A stretch of 64,000 nt of DNA from an uncultured Nitrososphaerota archaeon. GTDB taxonomy: Archaea; Thermoproteota; Nitrososphaeria; Nitrososphaerales; Gagatemarchaeaceae. Positions 9,207 through 20,029 of this stretch are shown piece after piece. Made by a program: the position numbers and the translations under genes. The notes beneath the pieces were generated by a model, which saw nothing but the letters and a program-made list of their open reading frames with translations, had not been told where the DNA came from and did no database searches. Location of the stretch: positions 1,280,001 to 1,344,000 of the forward strand of contig OY969807.1 in assembly GCA_963703285.1 (NCBI GenBank). Direction: 5' to 3'. The first letter of the stretch is position 1; every line of letters starts with the position of its first letter.

Positions 9207-10874
9207 ATGACTGTTACGGTACGAAACAGGCTGACCGCGGGAGTGGAGAGGGCGCCCCAGAGAGCGATGCTCAGGGCCATCGGACTTTCGGACGAGGACC
9301 TTGAGAAGCCTCTGATCGGGATAGCTAACACCTGGGTCGAGGCGCAGCCCTGCAACTACCATCTGCGCGAGGTCGCCCAGAAGGTGAAGGAGGGCGTCCG
9401 CGACGCTGGCGGGACGCCTCTCGAGTTCAACACAATAGCAGTGAACGACGCCATAGGGATGGGGCACGAGGGGATGAAGGCGTCTCTGGTAAGCAGGGAG
9501 GTCATCGCCGACTCCATCGAGCTCTGCGAGGTGGGATACCAGTTCGACGCGCTCGTGACCATAGGCGGGTGCGACAAGACCCAGCCCGCGTGCGTGATGG
9601 CGATGGCAAGGACGAACGTGCCGAGCATCTACCTCTACGGAGGGTCCATCCCGCCCGGAGAATGGAAGGGCGGGAGGGTCACGATACAGGACGTCTTCGA
9701 GGGCGCCGGAGCGGTCTCGAGGGGGACGATGACCCTCCAGGAGCTGCACGACCTGGAGTGCAACGCGTGCCCGACCTACGGCGCTTGCGGGGGGATGTTC
9801 ACGGCCAACACCATGTCGTCCGCCATCGAGGCGCTGGGGCTGACCGTCCCCAACTGCGCGGCCCCGATAGCCCCGAGCGAGCTCCGCATGCAGAAGGCCT
9901 ATGAGAGCGGCCGTGCGGTGATGAAGATCCTCGAGTCCAACACGAAGCCAAGGGACATACTGACGCAAGAGGCCTTCGAGAACGCGGTGGCGGTGGTCGC
10001 AGGGATGGGGGGCTCGACCAACGCCGTCCTCCACCTGCTGGCGATAGCCTACGAGGCCGGGGTGAAGCTCGACCTCGACGACATCGAGAGGATGGGGTCG
10101 AAGGTCCCCGAGCTGGCCGACCTCAAGCCGGCTGGCAAGTATGTGATGTCGGACGTGGACGTCGTCGGAGGAGTGCCCGTCGTCATGAAGCTACTCCTGG
10201 ACGCTGGGCTGCTCCACGGGGAGGTGAGACTTGTCACCGGAGAGACACTCCGAGAGCGCCTCGAGACGGTCACCTTCCCCGACAACCAGGACGTCGTACA
10301 CAGACTGGAGAACCCGGTCAGGACCAACGGAGGTTTCGCAATACTCAGGGGGAATCTCGCGCCCGAGGGCGCGGTCCTCAAGGTATCGGGAGCTTCCCGG
10401 TTCTCCCACAGAGGGCCTGCCAGGGTCTTCGACAGGGAGGAGGACGCGTTCCACGCCATCATGGAGAAGAAGATCACGGAGGGGGACGTCGTCGTCGTGC
10501 GCTACGAGGGACCCAAGGGCGGGCCCGGGATGAGAGAGATGCTGGCGGTGACAGCTGCGATAGTCGGGCAGGGTTTGAAGGACTCGGTCGCGCTGATAAC
10601 CGACGGCAGGTTCTCCGGCGCGTCCCACGGTATGATGGTTGGGCACGTCTCCCCCGAAGCCGCCGTGGGGGGCCCGATCGCGCTGCTGAAGGACGGGGAC
10701 GTGATTGTCCTGGACGTGGGCAAGAGGTCCCTCTCCGTCGAACTCTCCGACGAGGAGCTGGGGGCCAGGAAGGAAAGGTGGACCCCGCCCGCGCCGCGCT
10801 ACACCCGCGGCGTCTTCGCGAAGTACGCCAAGCTCGTCACCTCCGCCTCGAAGGGCGCGGTCTGCGTGCCCTGA
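9207..10874 (+). CDS. ilvD: Dihydroxy-acid dehydratase
   Basis: [46 protein letters not shown]; ATG at 9207. Confidence 0.97.
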   Translation: MTVTVRNRLTAGVERAPQRAMLRAIGLSDEDLEKPLIGIANTWVEAQPCNYHLREVAQKVKEGVRDAGGTPLEFNTIAVNDAIGMGHEGMKASLVSREVIADSIELCEVGYQFDALVTIGGCDKTQPACVMAMARTNVPSIYLYGGSIPPGEWKGGRVTIQDVFEGAGAVSRGTMTLQELHDLECNACPTYGACGGMFTANTMSSAIEALGLTVPNCAAPIAPSELRMQKAYESGRAVMKILESNTKPRDILTQEAFENAVAVVAGMGGSTNAVLHLLAIAYEAGVKLDLDDIERMGSKVPELADLKPAGKYVMSDVDVVGGVPVVMKLLLDAGLLHGEVRLVTGETLRERLETVTFPDNQDVVHRLENPVRTNGGFAILRGNLAPEGAVLKVSGASRFSHRGPARVFDREEDAFHAIMEKKITEGDVVVVRYEGPKGGPGMREMLAVTAAIVGQGLKDSVALITDGRFSGASHGMMVGHVSPEAAVGGPIALLKDGDVIVLDVGKRSLSVELSDEELGARKERWTPPAPRYTRGVFAKYAKLVTSASKGAVCVP

Positions 10875-10941
10875 GGGCCTAGCTCCACCCGCCAACGTTA
10901 TGTGCTAGGAAGAAAGGCAGATACAACAGAGGCTGATTCAG

Positions 10942-13803
10942 GTGAGCGAGGTCAACGTCTTCGAGCTGTTCTCCCCCGGGCTGAGCAAGGCCCTCCAAGA
11001 GAGGGGATTCGACTCACCGACGGACCCGCAGATGAAGCTCTCTCCTCTCGTCATGAGCGGCAGGAACGCCCTCCTCATGTCGCCCACGGGGACGGGGAAG
11101 ACCGAGGCGGCCTTCCTCCCGATACTGGATAACATCATACGGAACGGCCTGGCAAGGACCAAGGGAATCAAGCTCCTCTACATCACGCCGCTCAGGGCGC
11201 TCAACAGGGACATGCTCGAGAGGATGAAGTGGTGGTGCAAGAGGTTCGACGTCCGCCTGGGGGTCCGCCATGGCGACACCACCAGCGCCGAACGGGCGAG
11301 CCAGTCGATGGTCCCCCCTGACATCCTGATCACGACGCCCGAGACCCTGCAGGCGATGCTCACCGGAAGGAGGATCAGGGAGGCGCTCGGCTCGCTCCGC
11401 TGGGTCGTCGTCGACGAGGTCCACGAGCTGGCGGAGGACAAGAGGGGGAGCCAGCTCTCGATAGCACTAGAGAGGCTGAAGAGGATATCGGGGAGGCCGT
11501 TCCAGATCGTCGGTCTCTCGGCGACCGTCGGTTCCCCGGAGACGATCGCGAAGTTTCTGGTCGGCCAAGCGGGCGAATGCGACGTGGTCAGGGTCCCCGT
11601 CGAGAAGAGCCTGGAGCTGACCGTCTCGCGGCCCGAGCCGACCCCCGACGACAAGGTCCTCGCCGACACCATCTTCACCTTCCCCGAGGTCGCGGCCCGA
11701 CTCAGGCTCATCAGGGACATGGTAGAGAAGTACAGGTCGATCCTGATTTTTACGAATACGAGGAGCGAGGCCGAGGCACTCGCGAACAGGTTCAGGGTCT
11801 GGGACCCGAAGCTCCCCATCGGAATCCACCACAGCTCGCTCTCCAGGGCGACGAGGGAGGCGGTGGAGAGGTCCTTGAGGGAGGGGAACCTGCGAGGGGT
11901 GATCTGCACCAGCAGCCTCGAGCTGGGGATCGACATCGGTTTCCTGGACTACGTCGTCCAGTACAACTCGCCCAGGCAGGTCTCCCGGCTCATCCAGCGT
12001 GTGGGACGGAGCGGCCACAGGATAGGGCGGACGTCGAAGGGCCTCATAATAACCCAGGACTCGGACGACACCCTGGAGGCGATCGTCCTCTGCAGGAGGT
12101 CCCTGCTGGGGCAGCTCGAGCCGCTGGTGCCCTTCAAGAACCCGAATGACGCGGCCATCCACCAGATAGCGGGGCTCCTCATAGAGACGAGCTCCTGGAA
12201 GCTGGAGGAGATGTACTCACTCATCAGGAGCGCGTACCCGTACTCCACGCTCAGCCTGGAGAGCCTGAAGAACATCCTCGGCTACATGCAGGACAGGTAC
12301 CCCAAGCTTCTCCACTTCGTGGAGAGCGAGGGCATCGTCAAGAGGGCCAGGGACTTCAAGCCGCTCTTCGACTACTACTTCGAGAACCTCTCGATGATCC
12401 CCGACGAGAAGCAGTACATCGTCATCGGGGAGGGGGACAGGCCCGTGGGAGTGCTCGACGAGGCGTTCGTCTCGGAGTACGGCCAGGTCGGGGTCAAGTT
12501 CGTCGAGGCGGGCAGGTGCTGGAAGATACTCGAGATCTACGAGAACAGGGTCTACGTCTCGCCGGAGGAGGACCCGACGGGGGCGGTCCCCAGCTGGGTG
12601 GGCGACGAGATACCGGTCCCGCTCGAGGTCGCGCTCGAGGTCGGGTCAATCCGCCGCGAGTACGAAGAGCACCTCTCTGGCCCCCAGGCCGGGGCCTTCA
12701 TCGACGAGATGTGCCGGAGGTACCCCATCGAGGGTCCGGCGGCCGTGGAGTCCCTCAAGGAGGTGGCCGAGCAGCACTCCATGGGGCTCCCCGTCCCTTC
12801 GGACAGGCTCGTCACCATCGAGAGGTGGGACAGGTATGTGATAATCCAGGCCTCCTTCGGGCACAGGGTGAACCGCGTCCTCGCGAGGGTGGTCGCCCAT
12901 GCGCTCTCCGAGAGGCTGGGCCAGTCTGTCGCCGTCCACCAGGACCCCTACCGGATAATACTCGAGGTGGACGCGTCCCCCGAGCTCGTGCGCTCTACCC
13001 TTATGGGAATCGTGGACAAGGACCTGGGGGAGCTGGCGCGAGTGGCCGTCGAGAGGTCGGGGATCTTCAAGCGCCGACTGATCCACGTCGGCAAGAAGTG
13101 CGGTGCAATCGCCAAGGAGGCCGACTACGCCAGCGTCTCCATCTCGGGCCTGATGGAGGCGCTCAGGGGGACGCCGGTCTACGAGGAGGCGATAAGCGTG
13201 ATCTTCCACGACGACTTCGACGTCCAGGCCGCCAGGGAGATCCTGGTGAAGATCAAGGCGAAGGAGATAGGCGTAGAGGTGATAGAGGCTGAGAGCATGA
13301 GCCCGCTGGCACGCATAGGCGTCGAGGAGGTCAGCCGCAGGGGCGAGATCGTCTCCCCGGAGAGGTTGAGGGCGATAATACGCCAGTCGACCGAGGCCCG
13401 AGTGACGGAGAGCTTCCTGATCGTGGTGTGCACGAACTGCTGGGACTACGTGGAGCCGAAGAGGATCGGCAGCCTGAGCGTCGGGCCCTGTCCCAAGTGC
13501 GGACAGGACGCGGTCGGGTTCTCGACCGAGTCCTACGAGACGATCTTCAGCCTCGCGCTAAAGGCGAGGAGCAGGACGGAGATGCACGGGAAGGGCCTGA
13601 AGGCGGTCGAGGCTCTGAAGAGGTCGGCGCAGCTCGCGAGGGAGTACGGCACGGACGCGCTCTTCCTCATGGGGGGGAGGGGAATCAGGCTCGCCGACGT
13701 CCAGGGCCTTCTCGCCAAGAAGAAGCAGGAGGGCGGAGAGATCGTCGACTACGTCATAGAGGGGGAGAGGGAAGCGCTCAAGAGGCGTTACTTCGCTTCT
13801 TGA
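10942..13803 (+). CDS. lhr: Lhr-type SF2 helicase
   Basis: PTGTGKT, PLRALNRD, DEVHE, SAT, SSLELGID, QRVGRSGH; C-terminal Zn finger. Confidence 0.9.
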   Translation: MSEVNVFELFSPGLSKALQERGFDSPTDPQMKLSPLVMSGRNALLMSPTGTGKTEAAFLPILDNIIRNGLARTKGIKLLYITPLRALNRDMLERMKWWCKRFDVRLGVRHGDTTSAERASQSMVPPDILITTPETLQAMLTGRRIREALGSLRWVVVDEVHELAEDKRGSQLSIALERLKRISGRPFQIVGLSATVGSPETIAKFLVGQAGECDVVRVPVEKSLELTVSRPEPTPDDKVLADTIFTFPEVAARLRLIRDMVEKYRSILIFTNTRSEAEALANRFRVWDPKLPIGIHHSSLSRATREAVERSLREGNLRGVICTSSLELGIDIGFLDYVVQYNSPRQVSRLIQRVGRSGHRIGRTSKGLIITQDSDDTLEAIVLCRRSLLGQLEPLVPFKNPNDAAIHQIAGLLIETSSWKLEEMYSLIRSAYPYSTLSLESLKNILGYMQDRYPKLLHFVESEGIVKRARDFKPLFDYYFENLSMIPDEKQYIVIGEGDRPVGVLDEAFVSEYGQVGVKFVEAGRCWKILEIYENRVYVSPEEDPTGAVPSWVGDEIPVPLEVALEVGSIRREYEEHLSGPQAGAFIDEMCRRYPIEGPAAVESLKEVAEQHSMGLPVPSDRLVTIERWDRYVIIQASFGHRVNRVLARVVAHALSERLGQSVAVHQDPYRIILEVDASPELVRSTLMGIVDKDLGELARVAVERSGIFKRRLIHVGKKCGAIAKEADYASVSISGLMEALRGTPVYEEAISVIFHDDFDVQAAREILVKIKAKEIGVEVIEAESMSPLARIGVEEVSRRGEIVSPERLRAIIRQSTEARVTESFLIVVCTNCWDYVEPKRIGSLSVGPCPKCGQDAVGFSTESYETIFSLALKARSRTEMHGKGLKAVEALKRSAQLAREYGTDALFLMGGRGIRLADVQGLLAKKKQEGGEIVDYVIEGEREALKRRYFAS

Positions 13804-13992
13804 CCGTCTCCTGATCCGTCGCAGTCAGCTGGCGGATGTGCTGAATCTTCCACCTGGTCCAGAATTCCCTCCACCGGGCGGGAGGGATGGGCAGGAAGGT
13901 CGTGACCTCGATGGTCCTCCTCGCGCTCAGGTTGTTGACCGTGGGCACCGACTGCTGGCTTCCGGCGCGTCGTATTTGAGCGATAACCAGGG

Positions 13993-14553
13993 TTATGGCG
14001 CGGCCTCGCCCCTCGCCAGGATGAGCGTCATCAGCGACTTCTCGTCGACCTCCGCCCTCGTCCTCCAGCCGATGCGAAGGAGCCCCTTCTCGTCCTGGTC
14101 CAGGTAGCCCCGCTTGATGAACCGCTCCAGCGAGTAGTCGACCCTCCAGCGAGGGAACTTCTCCCTGAGGAAGGTCTCCAGCTCCTTGCGCCCGACACGC
14201 CCCTGCTTCGAGTTCACCGTGGCGATGGAGGAGGCCAGGACGGCCAGGTCGTCGATGCGGAAGCCCGCGCTCTCCGCCTCGCTGACGGTCGGGCTCTCCC
14301 TGAACCTCAGGAGGAACCTCGTGGAGTCGTCGGTCCCCTCGATGCCCGGGACCTCGTGGACCTCCAGTCCGAGCGTCTTCAGGTCGCCCGAGAGAACCTC
14401 CAGGATCGTCTTGTAGTCCTTGCCCAGGTACCTCTTCATCTCCCAGCCCTTGACGCCTGGGTTCCTGCCCCTCTGGAGTATCAGGACCTGCAGGGCCTTC
14501 CTCATCTTCCTCTCGAGGAGCGCCCTCTCGTCGTCGCCTGTCGTCGTGCTCAT
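13993..14553 (-). CDS. KITE-like (ScpB/Nse1/Nse3-like) tandem winged-helix protein
   Basis: Last gene of the SMC operon; C-terminal RGYL...LRIGWRTRAEV resembles KITE WH-B. Confidence 0.6.
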   Translation of the reverse strand: MSTTTGDDERALLERKMRKALQVLILQRGRNPGVKGWEMKRYLGKDYKTILEVLSGDLKTLGLEVHEVPGIEGTDDSTRFLLRFRESPTVSEAESAGFRIDDLAVLASSIATVNSKQGRVGRKELETFLREKFPRWRVDYSLERFIKRGYLDQDEKGLLRIGWRTRAEVDEKSLMTLILARGEAAP

Positions 14554-15281
14554 GCTAGCTCAATCGCCACCGATTTCGTCTCCGACCCGGGTGGCCCGTC
14601 CCGCGGCGAGAGAAATATCTCCTCGGTCAGCGGGTCGACCCTGACGTTCGCGCGGCCCTCGGTCACCACGAAGGCGGTCAGGTACGCGCGGACCGCGGTC
14701 TCCTCGAATGTCGGACCCCCGACGAACTTCCTGTAGTCGACCTCCCCATCTCCGGCGGCCTGGACGAGCTCGTCGCGGATCGACCTGAGGCGCGTCTCGA
14801 ACTCCTCCTTGGAGAAGATGTTGAGTGACTGCAGCTCCTCGAAGTTCATCTGCCCGGGGGCGACGGCGAAATTGCCGAACTGCTCCTTGAAGCGCTCCGA
14901 CATCGGCACCAGCTCGCGCCAGTAGATGAAGGCCCTCTCCAGCCCCCGCGCGGTGAGCTGGTCGACCTGGGCGACCGGGTGCCAGCACTTGACGAAGCTG
15001 TCGGCGAGGTCCTCTCGGGTCAGGAGCCGGATCTTGAGCTCGAGCAGCATAGGGTCGATGTACAAGGAACTGGCGCGATGCTTAAGCCACGATTCTTGTA
15101 ACTTCGCCAGCGCCACGAGCTGGCCGAGGGCCTCTGAGTCCCCGAGCATTACATCGATTAAAGTCCAGTCCGGCATGTACTTCTTCAGTACCAAGAGTTT
15201 TTCCCTGATATTCACTTCAAATGGACTGGTACTCGAAGACTGTACAGCTTCGCAGAGCGCTATAATTCTAGTATAGTCTTC
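14550..15281 (-). CDS. Putative kleisin (ScpA-like) partner of the SMC protein; start uncertain
   Basis: Frame open upstream of GTG 15215 (EDYTRIIALCEAV...PFEV); C-terminal wHTH-like RAYLTAFVVTEG; operon position. Confidence 0.6.
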   Translation of the reverse strand, partial: EDYTRIIALCEAVQSSSTSPFEVNIREKLLVLKKYMPDWTLIDVMLGDSEALGQLVALAKLQESWLKHRASSLYIDPMLLELKIRLLTREDLADSFVKCWHPVAQVDQLTARGLERAFIYWRELVPMSERFKEQFGNFAVAPGQMNFEELQSLNIFSKEEFETRLRSIRDELVQAAGDGEVDYRKFVGGPTFEETAVRAYLTAFVVTEGRANVRVDPLTEEIFLSPRDGPPGSETKSVAIELA

Positions 15282-16300
15282 GCGCGCGCTCTCACTCTTC
15301 TCCTCATTCTTGTGGGTTGGTTCAACTTCTCCATAAGTCGGCGTACCTGATCAATCCTCTGGGGGGTCCGGAATGGGCCGACCTCCCTAATAACCTTAGC
15401 AACACCCTCCAGGTTAGTTGTCTTTGCGATGTACATTCCTCGCTTGTCCCTGTATACTTTGCATCTTACTCCCATTTCCGCTAGACTCCTGACGTACACA
15501 TCGAGAGGTTCCCTGTGCTTTTGAACAACTGCAAGCTCGGTACCTCTCCTGCCATTTAGGCCGGTGGGATCAAGGCTACCTTCGGTATCAATCCATGCTC
15601 TGATTTCTTCCTTTGACATCTTGCTTGCATTCATTTCGAGCAGTCTGTGCTTGAACTCTGTTCGCCCCGCTTGCTTCTTCTGCCCTTCTTCTTGGATCGC
15701 AGGAATGTTTCTTATGCGATGGTCCGGTTCGAGCGCGCTCTGTATGTAAAATGCTTCGATGACGTTTCCATTAGCTTTCATCTTGAAAACGGGCGCAGTA
15801 TCCGGGAATCTAAGACTGAATGTTTCGTTTATCTTTCCAATCCTGATGATTCCGCTGACCTTCGAATCATAAACCCTGCCCTCAAGGTACACCCTGCTTC
15901 CGTCAATCATAAGTTTGGGGTCCCTGACGACAATCGAATTGTTGTCAACTATCATTTTGAGCGTCCTCTCTGAAAGGGACAGTCGAATATTCTCAAAGTT
16001 GGATGGTTTCAGCTTATTGAAGTCACGGGCGAAGTCGGGTGTATCATACTTCTCCATTGAGTACACATTGAACAGCTCTCTGGGAGCAGGATGGATACGT
16101 GCGATATTGATGTGGGGAGCGACATGCGCCCAACTCGTGTACAGGTGAAACTCTTTCTCCGGTTCCGACGCTCTGGACACTCGTGCTTCAACGATATCAC
16201 TCTTTCCAAACTTGGTAGCGAATTCTGGGGGTATGTGAAGGAAGTTAGATGCTCCCGCCTTGGCCTCCTTCCTTTGAAACAGTAAGCTCCCTTCTAACAC
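15260..16300 (-). CDS. Free-standing LAGLIDADG-like endonuclease with an unknown N-terminal domain
   Basis: EIRAWIDTEGSL motif followed by V.Q...PL, L..MGV...; markedly lower GC than flanks. Confidence 0.7.
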   Translation of the reverse strand: MLEGSLLFQRKEAKAGASNFLHIPPEFATKFGKSDIVEARVSRASEPEKEFHLYTSWAHVAPHINIARIHPAPRELFNVYSMEKYDTPDFARDFNKLKPSNFENIRLSLSERTLKMIVDNNSIVVRDPKLMIDGSRVYLEGRVYDSKVSGIIRIGKINETFSLRFPDTAPVFKMKANGNVIEAFYIQSALEPDHRIRNIPAIQEEGQKKQAGRTEFKHRLLEMNASKMSKEEIRAWIDTEGSLDPTGLNGRRGTELAVVQKHREPLDVYVRSLAEMGVRCKVYRDKRGMYIAKTTNLEGVAKVIREVGPFRTPQRIDQVRRLMEKLNQPTRMRRRVRARAKTILEL

Positions 16301-16424
16301 ACAGTTATTCTTTGAAGAACTATAAGAGCACCCACGGCAAGAGGAACAAGCCTAGCCGTAAGAAACAAGCAGCACATTTTGGCGCAGCTCGATCAGGCGG
16401 AGGATGTCCTCCAGCTTCCTGTCC

Positions 16425-18438
16425 TCACTTTCCGGCGAACTCTTTCACCTCGGAGGCTCCGTGCACCGACTGGACGGTGATGACGTGGGCCGACCTGTCT
16501 ATCACGCTGATTATGGAGGGCGTAATCACGATGTTCTGGGAGTTGGGGTTGCCCTTCGACCCCGCGAGGATCATCTTGAATATCGCCTCCCTGTTCCTCG
16601 GGTCCATGTGGATGTCGAACTCGTCCATGGCCCGAAGCGGCGATATTATCCGGGACTGGAGCGAGAGGATGAAGGCGACGAGGGCCACGGACCTCTCTCC
16701 GCCGGACTGCGTGTAGGGGTCGAGCACCGAGGGAGGCGCTCCCTTGTACCCGACGAGGAGCTGGAACCCCGTCTCCTCTATGCCGTCTCCCTCCTCGAGC
16801 CTGATGGCGCCGCTCGCACCCACCGTCGACAGGACGTGCTGGTAGACCGGGGTTATCTCGTCTATGAGGTTCTGTATGGCGGTCCTCCAAGCCTTTTTCC
16901 TCTCCTCGAGCTCCTTCAGCAACAGCCCCTTGTTCTCTTGGAGCAGGGTCAGCTTGTCCTTCAGCCCCTCGATGTTGCCGACGTAGTCCTTGTAGATGCG
17001 CTCGGCGTCCTCCGGGAGATCCTGCAGTTTCTGTATCTGGGCGGAGACGAGCTTCAGCTCCTCTGAGACCTCGTAGGGCTGCCTCTCGGTGACTATCCGC
17101 TCGCCCGCCTTATCGAGCTCTGGCCCAAGGGTCTGGAGCTCTCCCAGGACCTCCTTCTCGGAGCGCTCCAGCTCCCTGATCTCGGACTCGGTGACCTTGA
17201 TGCGGTAGGCGAGCACCTCGAACCTCACCCGCTGCCCGATGTACTCCTCGGTGGTCTTCCTAATCAGCTCCTCGACGCCGCCCAGCTCGGCCTGGAGGGA
17301 TGCCACCTCCCTGTCTAGCTCGGTCTTCTTTCTCAGCCGCGTCCTCCGACGCGCCCCTCGACCTCTCGGACGAGAACTCCAGGAACTCTTGGACGCGCTT
17401 CAGCCTCTTCGCGTCCATGACGTCGGAGAGGCCGTCAATCTCCTTCTCGATGGTCTCGAGCTCTGTCCTGAGCTTCTCCATCGCGCCCCGCGCGCCCTCG
17501 TCGCCCGCCCTCTCCTTCTCGGCTCGGACAAGCGCGCCGTAGAGCTTCCCCAGCTCGACCTGCCGGTCCAGCAGGGCCTTGTGCAGCGACTCGGACTCCG
17601 TCCCAGACTTGGACTGCTGGTCTGTCATCTCGTCGAGAGTCTCCCTCTTCATGGCTAGCCTCTCTCGGACCGACTGGAGCGACCTGGAGAGCTTCCCCTC
17701 CTGGGCCCAGAGGAGCTCGCTGGCCAGCAGTCCCCTGTGCTCGAGAAGCTTCCTCTTCTCCAGGTAGCGGTCGTAGATCTGCTTCCAGTACTCTATGGTC
17801 TGGTTGGCGTTCTCGATCAGCTGGATGAGCGAGCCCTCCTCGCTGATGAGGCCCTTGAGGTCGCCCTCCGACTGGATTATCCGCTCCCTGTACTCGCGGA
17901 AGCCGACGGCCTCCTCGACCATCGTGAGCCTCTGCTGGGTGGAGATGGCCCCGAGCTCCTCGATCATCCCCTGGTGCATTATAATCAGGAGGTTGTCTGG
18001 GTTTATCCCGAACTCACTGAGCAGCTTCACGACCTCGCTCTTGTCTATCTCCTTGTAGTCGGCCTCGTACCAGTAGGAGCCGTCCTTCCTCAGGTAGCGG
18101 GAGAGCATGAAGGTGTCGGACTTGGAGTAGGGGATGGGCCTCGAACCTGCCCTCTCCCTGTTGTCGAATATCAGGGAGACGCGGGCGATTTCCTTCCCCC
18201 TCCTTATCAGGTCGCTGAGCTTCCTGGACCTCTCAGTATAGGCCTGGCCGAAAGCCACGGAGATGGCGAGGAGGACGGACGACTTGCCGGCGCCGTTGGG
18301 TCCCACTATGAGGTTCAGCCCTCCCGTCAGTGGGATCCTCGCGTACTCGTAGCTCATGAAGTTCTCAAGAATTATCTCCTTGATCGGGGGAGAGAACGTC
18401 TTCTCCGGGGCCGATAACTCTCGAAGGGGCCTCGACAA
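16425..18438 (-). CDS. Smc5/6-related (coalescin/ClsN-like) short SMC ATPase, split by a frameshift at ~17340
   Basis: LENFMSY and GPNGAGKSS in the N-terminal ORF; QSGGERS and AMDEFDIHMD in the C-terminal ORF; coiled coil between. Confidence 0.85.
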
Positions 18439-18537
18439 TGCTCGGGAGCGCAGACCGTTTAGGTATTTTAGGGATGCGGTGCCCGCGGACGAAAAACGCG
18501 ATTGATTTTTACCTGAGTGGTCCGGGCTCCCTGCGTC

Positions 18538-19221
18538 TTGGTCCTAGCAGCGAAGATTTTCGTGGTCAAGGAGGAGAAGAACCTGCCGCTCCTCGCCACG
18601 AAGCTCAAGAGCTTCAAGCTTGAGCAGGAGATGAAGGTGGAGGATCGGTCGTTCAACCTCCTCTCGGAGATATCCGACCTGTCCATCTCGAAGGAGACCC
18701 TGGAGGGGACGTTCTCCTTCGACACGGTGTTCATGGTCAACCAGAGGGGGAACTCCATCCCGGTCACGAGGACGTTCATGGCGCCGTTCACGTTCAACCT
18801 CTTCGGGGAGAACCTGTACCTCACGATATTCGAGAAGAAGAGCAGGGCGAACAACGTCGCGAACGAGATGTCTAAGGCCCTCTTCATGAGCCTGGGCCAG
18901 ATCGTCGAGGCGAGGATCCCGCCGGACGTCCTGAAGAGGTTCCACGAGGAGAACTTCGAGAACACGAAGATCCTCTTCTTCGACTCCGTCGACCTCCCGA
19001 ACATCTCCAAGCTCTCCCTGTACGGGGAGGCGCTCGGGACGACGACCCTCTACAACGACTACCTCGAGCACGGTCAGATCTGGTACGCGGTCGTGAAGTC
19101 GAAGAAGTTCGGGTACGTGGTGGGCGTCACCAGGAGTGCCGTCGTGACCTGCTTCAGCAGGGCGGACCTTCCCGAGTTCAAGACCTACGTCAGGGCCGAG
19201 ATCCTGCCGCTCCTCAAGTGA
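18538..19221 (+). CDS. Conserved hypothetical archaeal protein
   Basis: Host-like codon usage; TTG start at 18538. Confidence 0.7.
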   Translation: MVLAAKIFVVKEEKNLPLLATKLKSFKLEQEMKVEDRSFNLLSEISDLSISKETLEGTFSFDTVFMVNQRGNSIPVTRTFMAPFTFNLFGENLYLTIFEKKSRANNVANEMSKALFMSLGQIVEARIPPDVLKRFHEENFENTKILFFDSVDLPNISKLSLYGEALGTTTLYNDYLEHGQIWYAVVKSKKFGYVVGVTRSAVVTCFSRADLPEFKTYVRAEILPLLK

Positions 19222-19274
19222 ACTCGCGGGCCGTTAGGTAAATAGGCACCCCCGCGGCGCGCGGGCAGAGATCC

Positions 19275-20027
19275 TTGCTGAAGGTAGTTCCCGGGGAGGC
19301 CGCACTTGTGTTCAACGAGCAGGAGGAGCGCACCATCCTCATCTCCGACCTCCACCTCGGCCTGGAGAAGGAGATGGCCAAGAAGGGCTTCAGGATCCCG
19401 CCCTACTCGACGAAGATCATGGGCAGAATCAACTCCCTAGCCGAGCGCTACCGGGCGAACAGGATCATAGTGCTCGGCGACGTGAAGCACTCGATCAGGA
19501 AGGTCGAGGACATCGACTGGAACGTCCTGCCGTGGTTCTTCGAGACGCTGCTCGACGTCTTCCCCTCGGTCGAGGTGGTCCCCGGCAACCACGACGGCGG
19601 AATAAGGTCGCTGCTCCCCAGCAGGGTCAAGGTGCACCCATCGGACGGGATGGTCATAGGGGTCGAGGAGAAGGTCGGCGTTGCCCACGGTCACTCGTGG
19701 CCGTCGCTCGAGGTCATCTCCTGCGGCAAGATCGTGATGGGCCACTCACACTTCAGGTACGAGATGAGGGACAGGTTCGGGGCGAGGAGCAAGGAGGCCG
19801 TGTGGCTCTTCGCGAAGTACGACCTCGACGGTCTCCTCACGAAGGCGGGGTACAAAGGCGCCGGGAACAGGGTGGGGGAGCTGATGGTGATGCCCCCCTT
19901 CAACAACTTGGTCGGAGGGCAGGCGATCAACGCCAAGGGCGGCTTCGACTTCGGGCCAGTGCTATCTTCAGGGACGGTCGACGTGGCCGGCGCCGACATC
20001 TTCCTCCTGGACGGGACGCGCGTGTGA
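19275..20027 (+). CDS. Calcineurin-like metallophosphoesterase (Lhr-associated type)
   Basis: SDLHLG, GDVKH, GNHD, HGH, GHSH. Confidence 0.9.
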   Translation: MLKVVPGEAALVFNEQEERTILISDLHLGLEKEMAKKGFRIPPYSTKIMGRINSLAERYRANRIIVLGDVKHSIRKVEDIDWNVLPWFFETLLDVFPSVEVVPGNHDGGIRSLLPSRVKVHPSDGMVIGVEEKVGVAHGHSWPSLEVISCGKIVMGHSHFRYEMRDRFGARSKEAVWLFAKYDLDGLLTKAGYKGAGNRVGELMVMPPFNNLVGGQAINAKGGFDFGPVLSSGTVDVAGADIFLLDGTRV

Positions 20028-20029
20028 TC

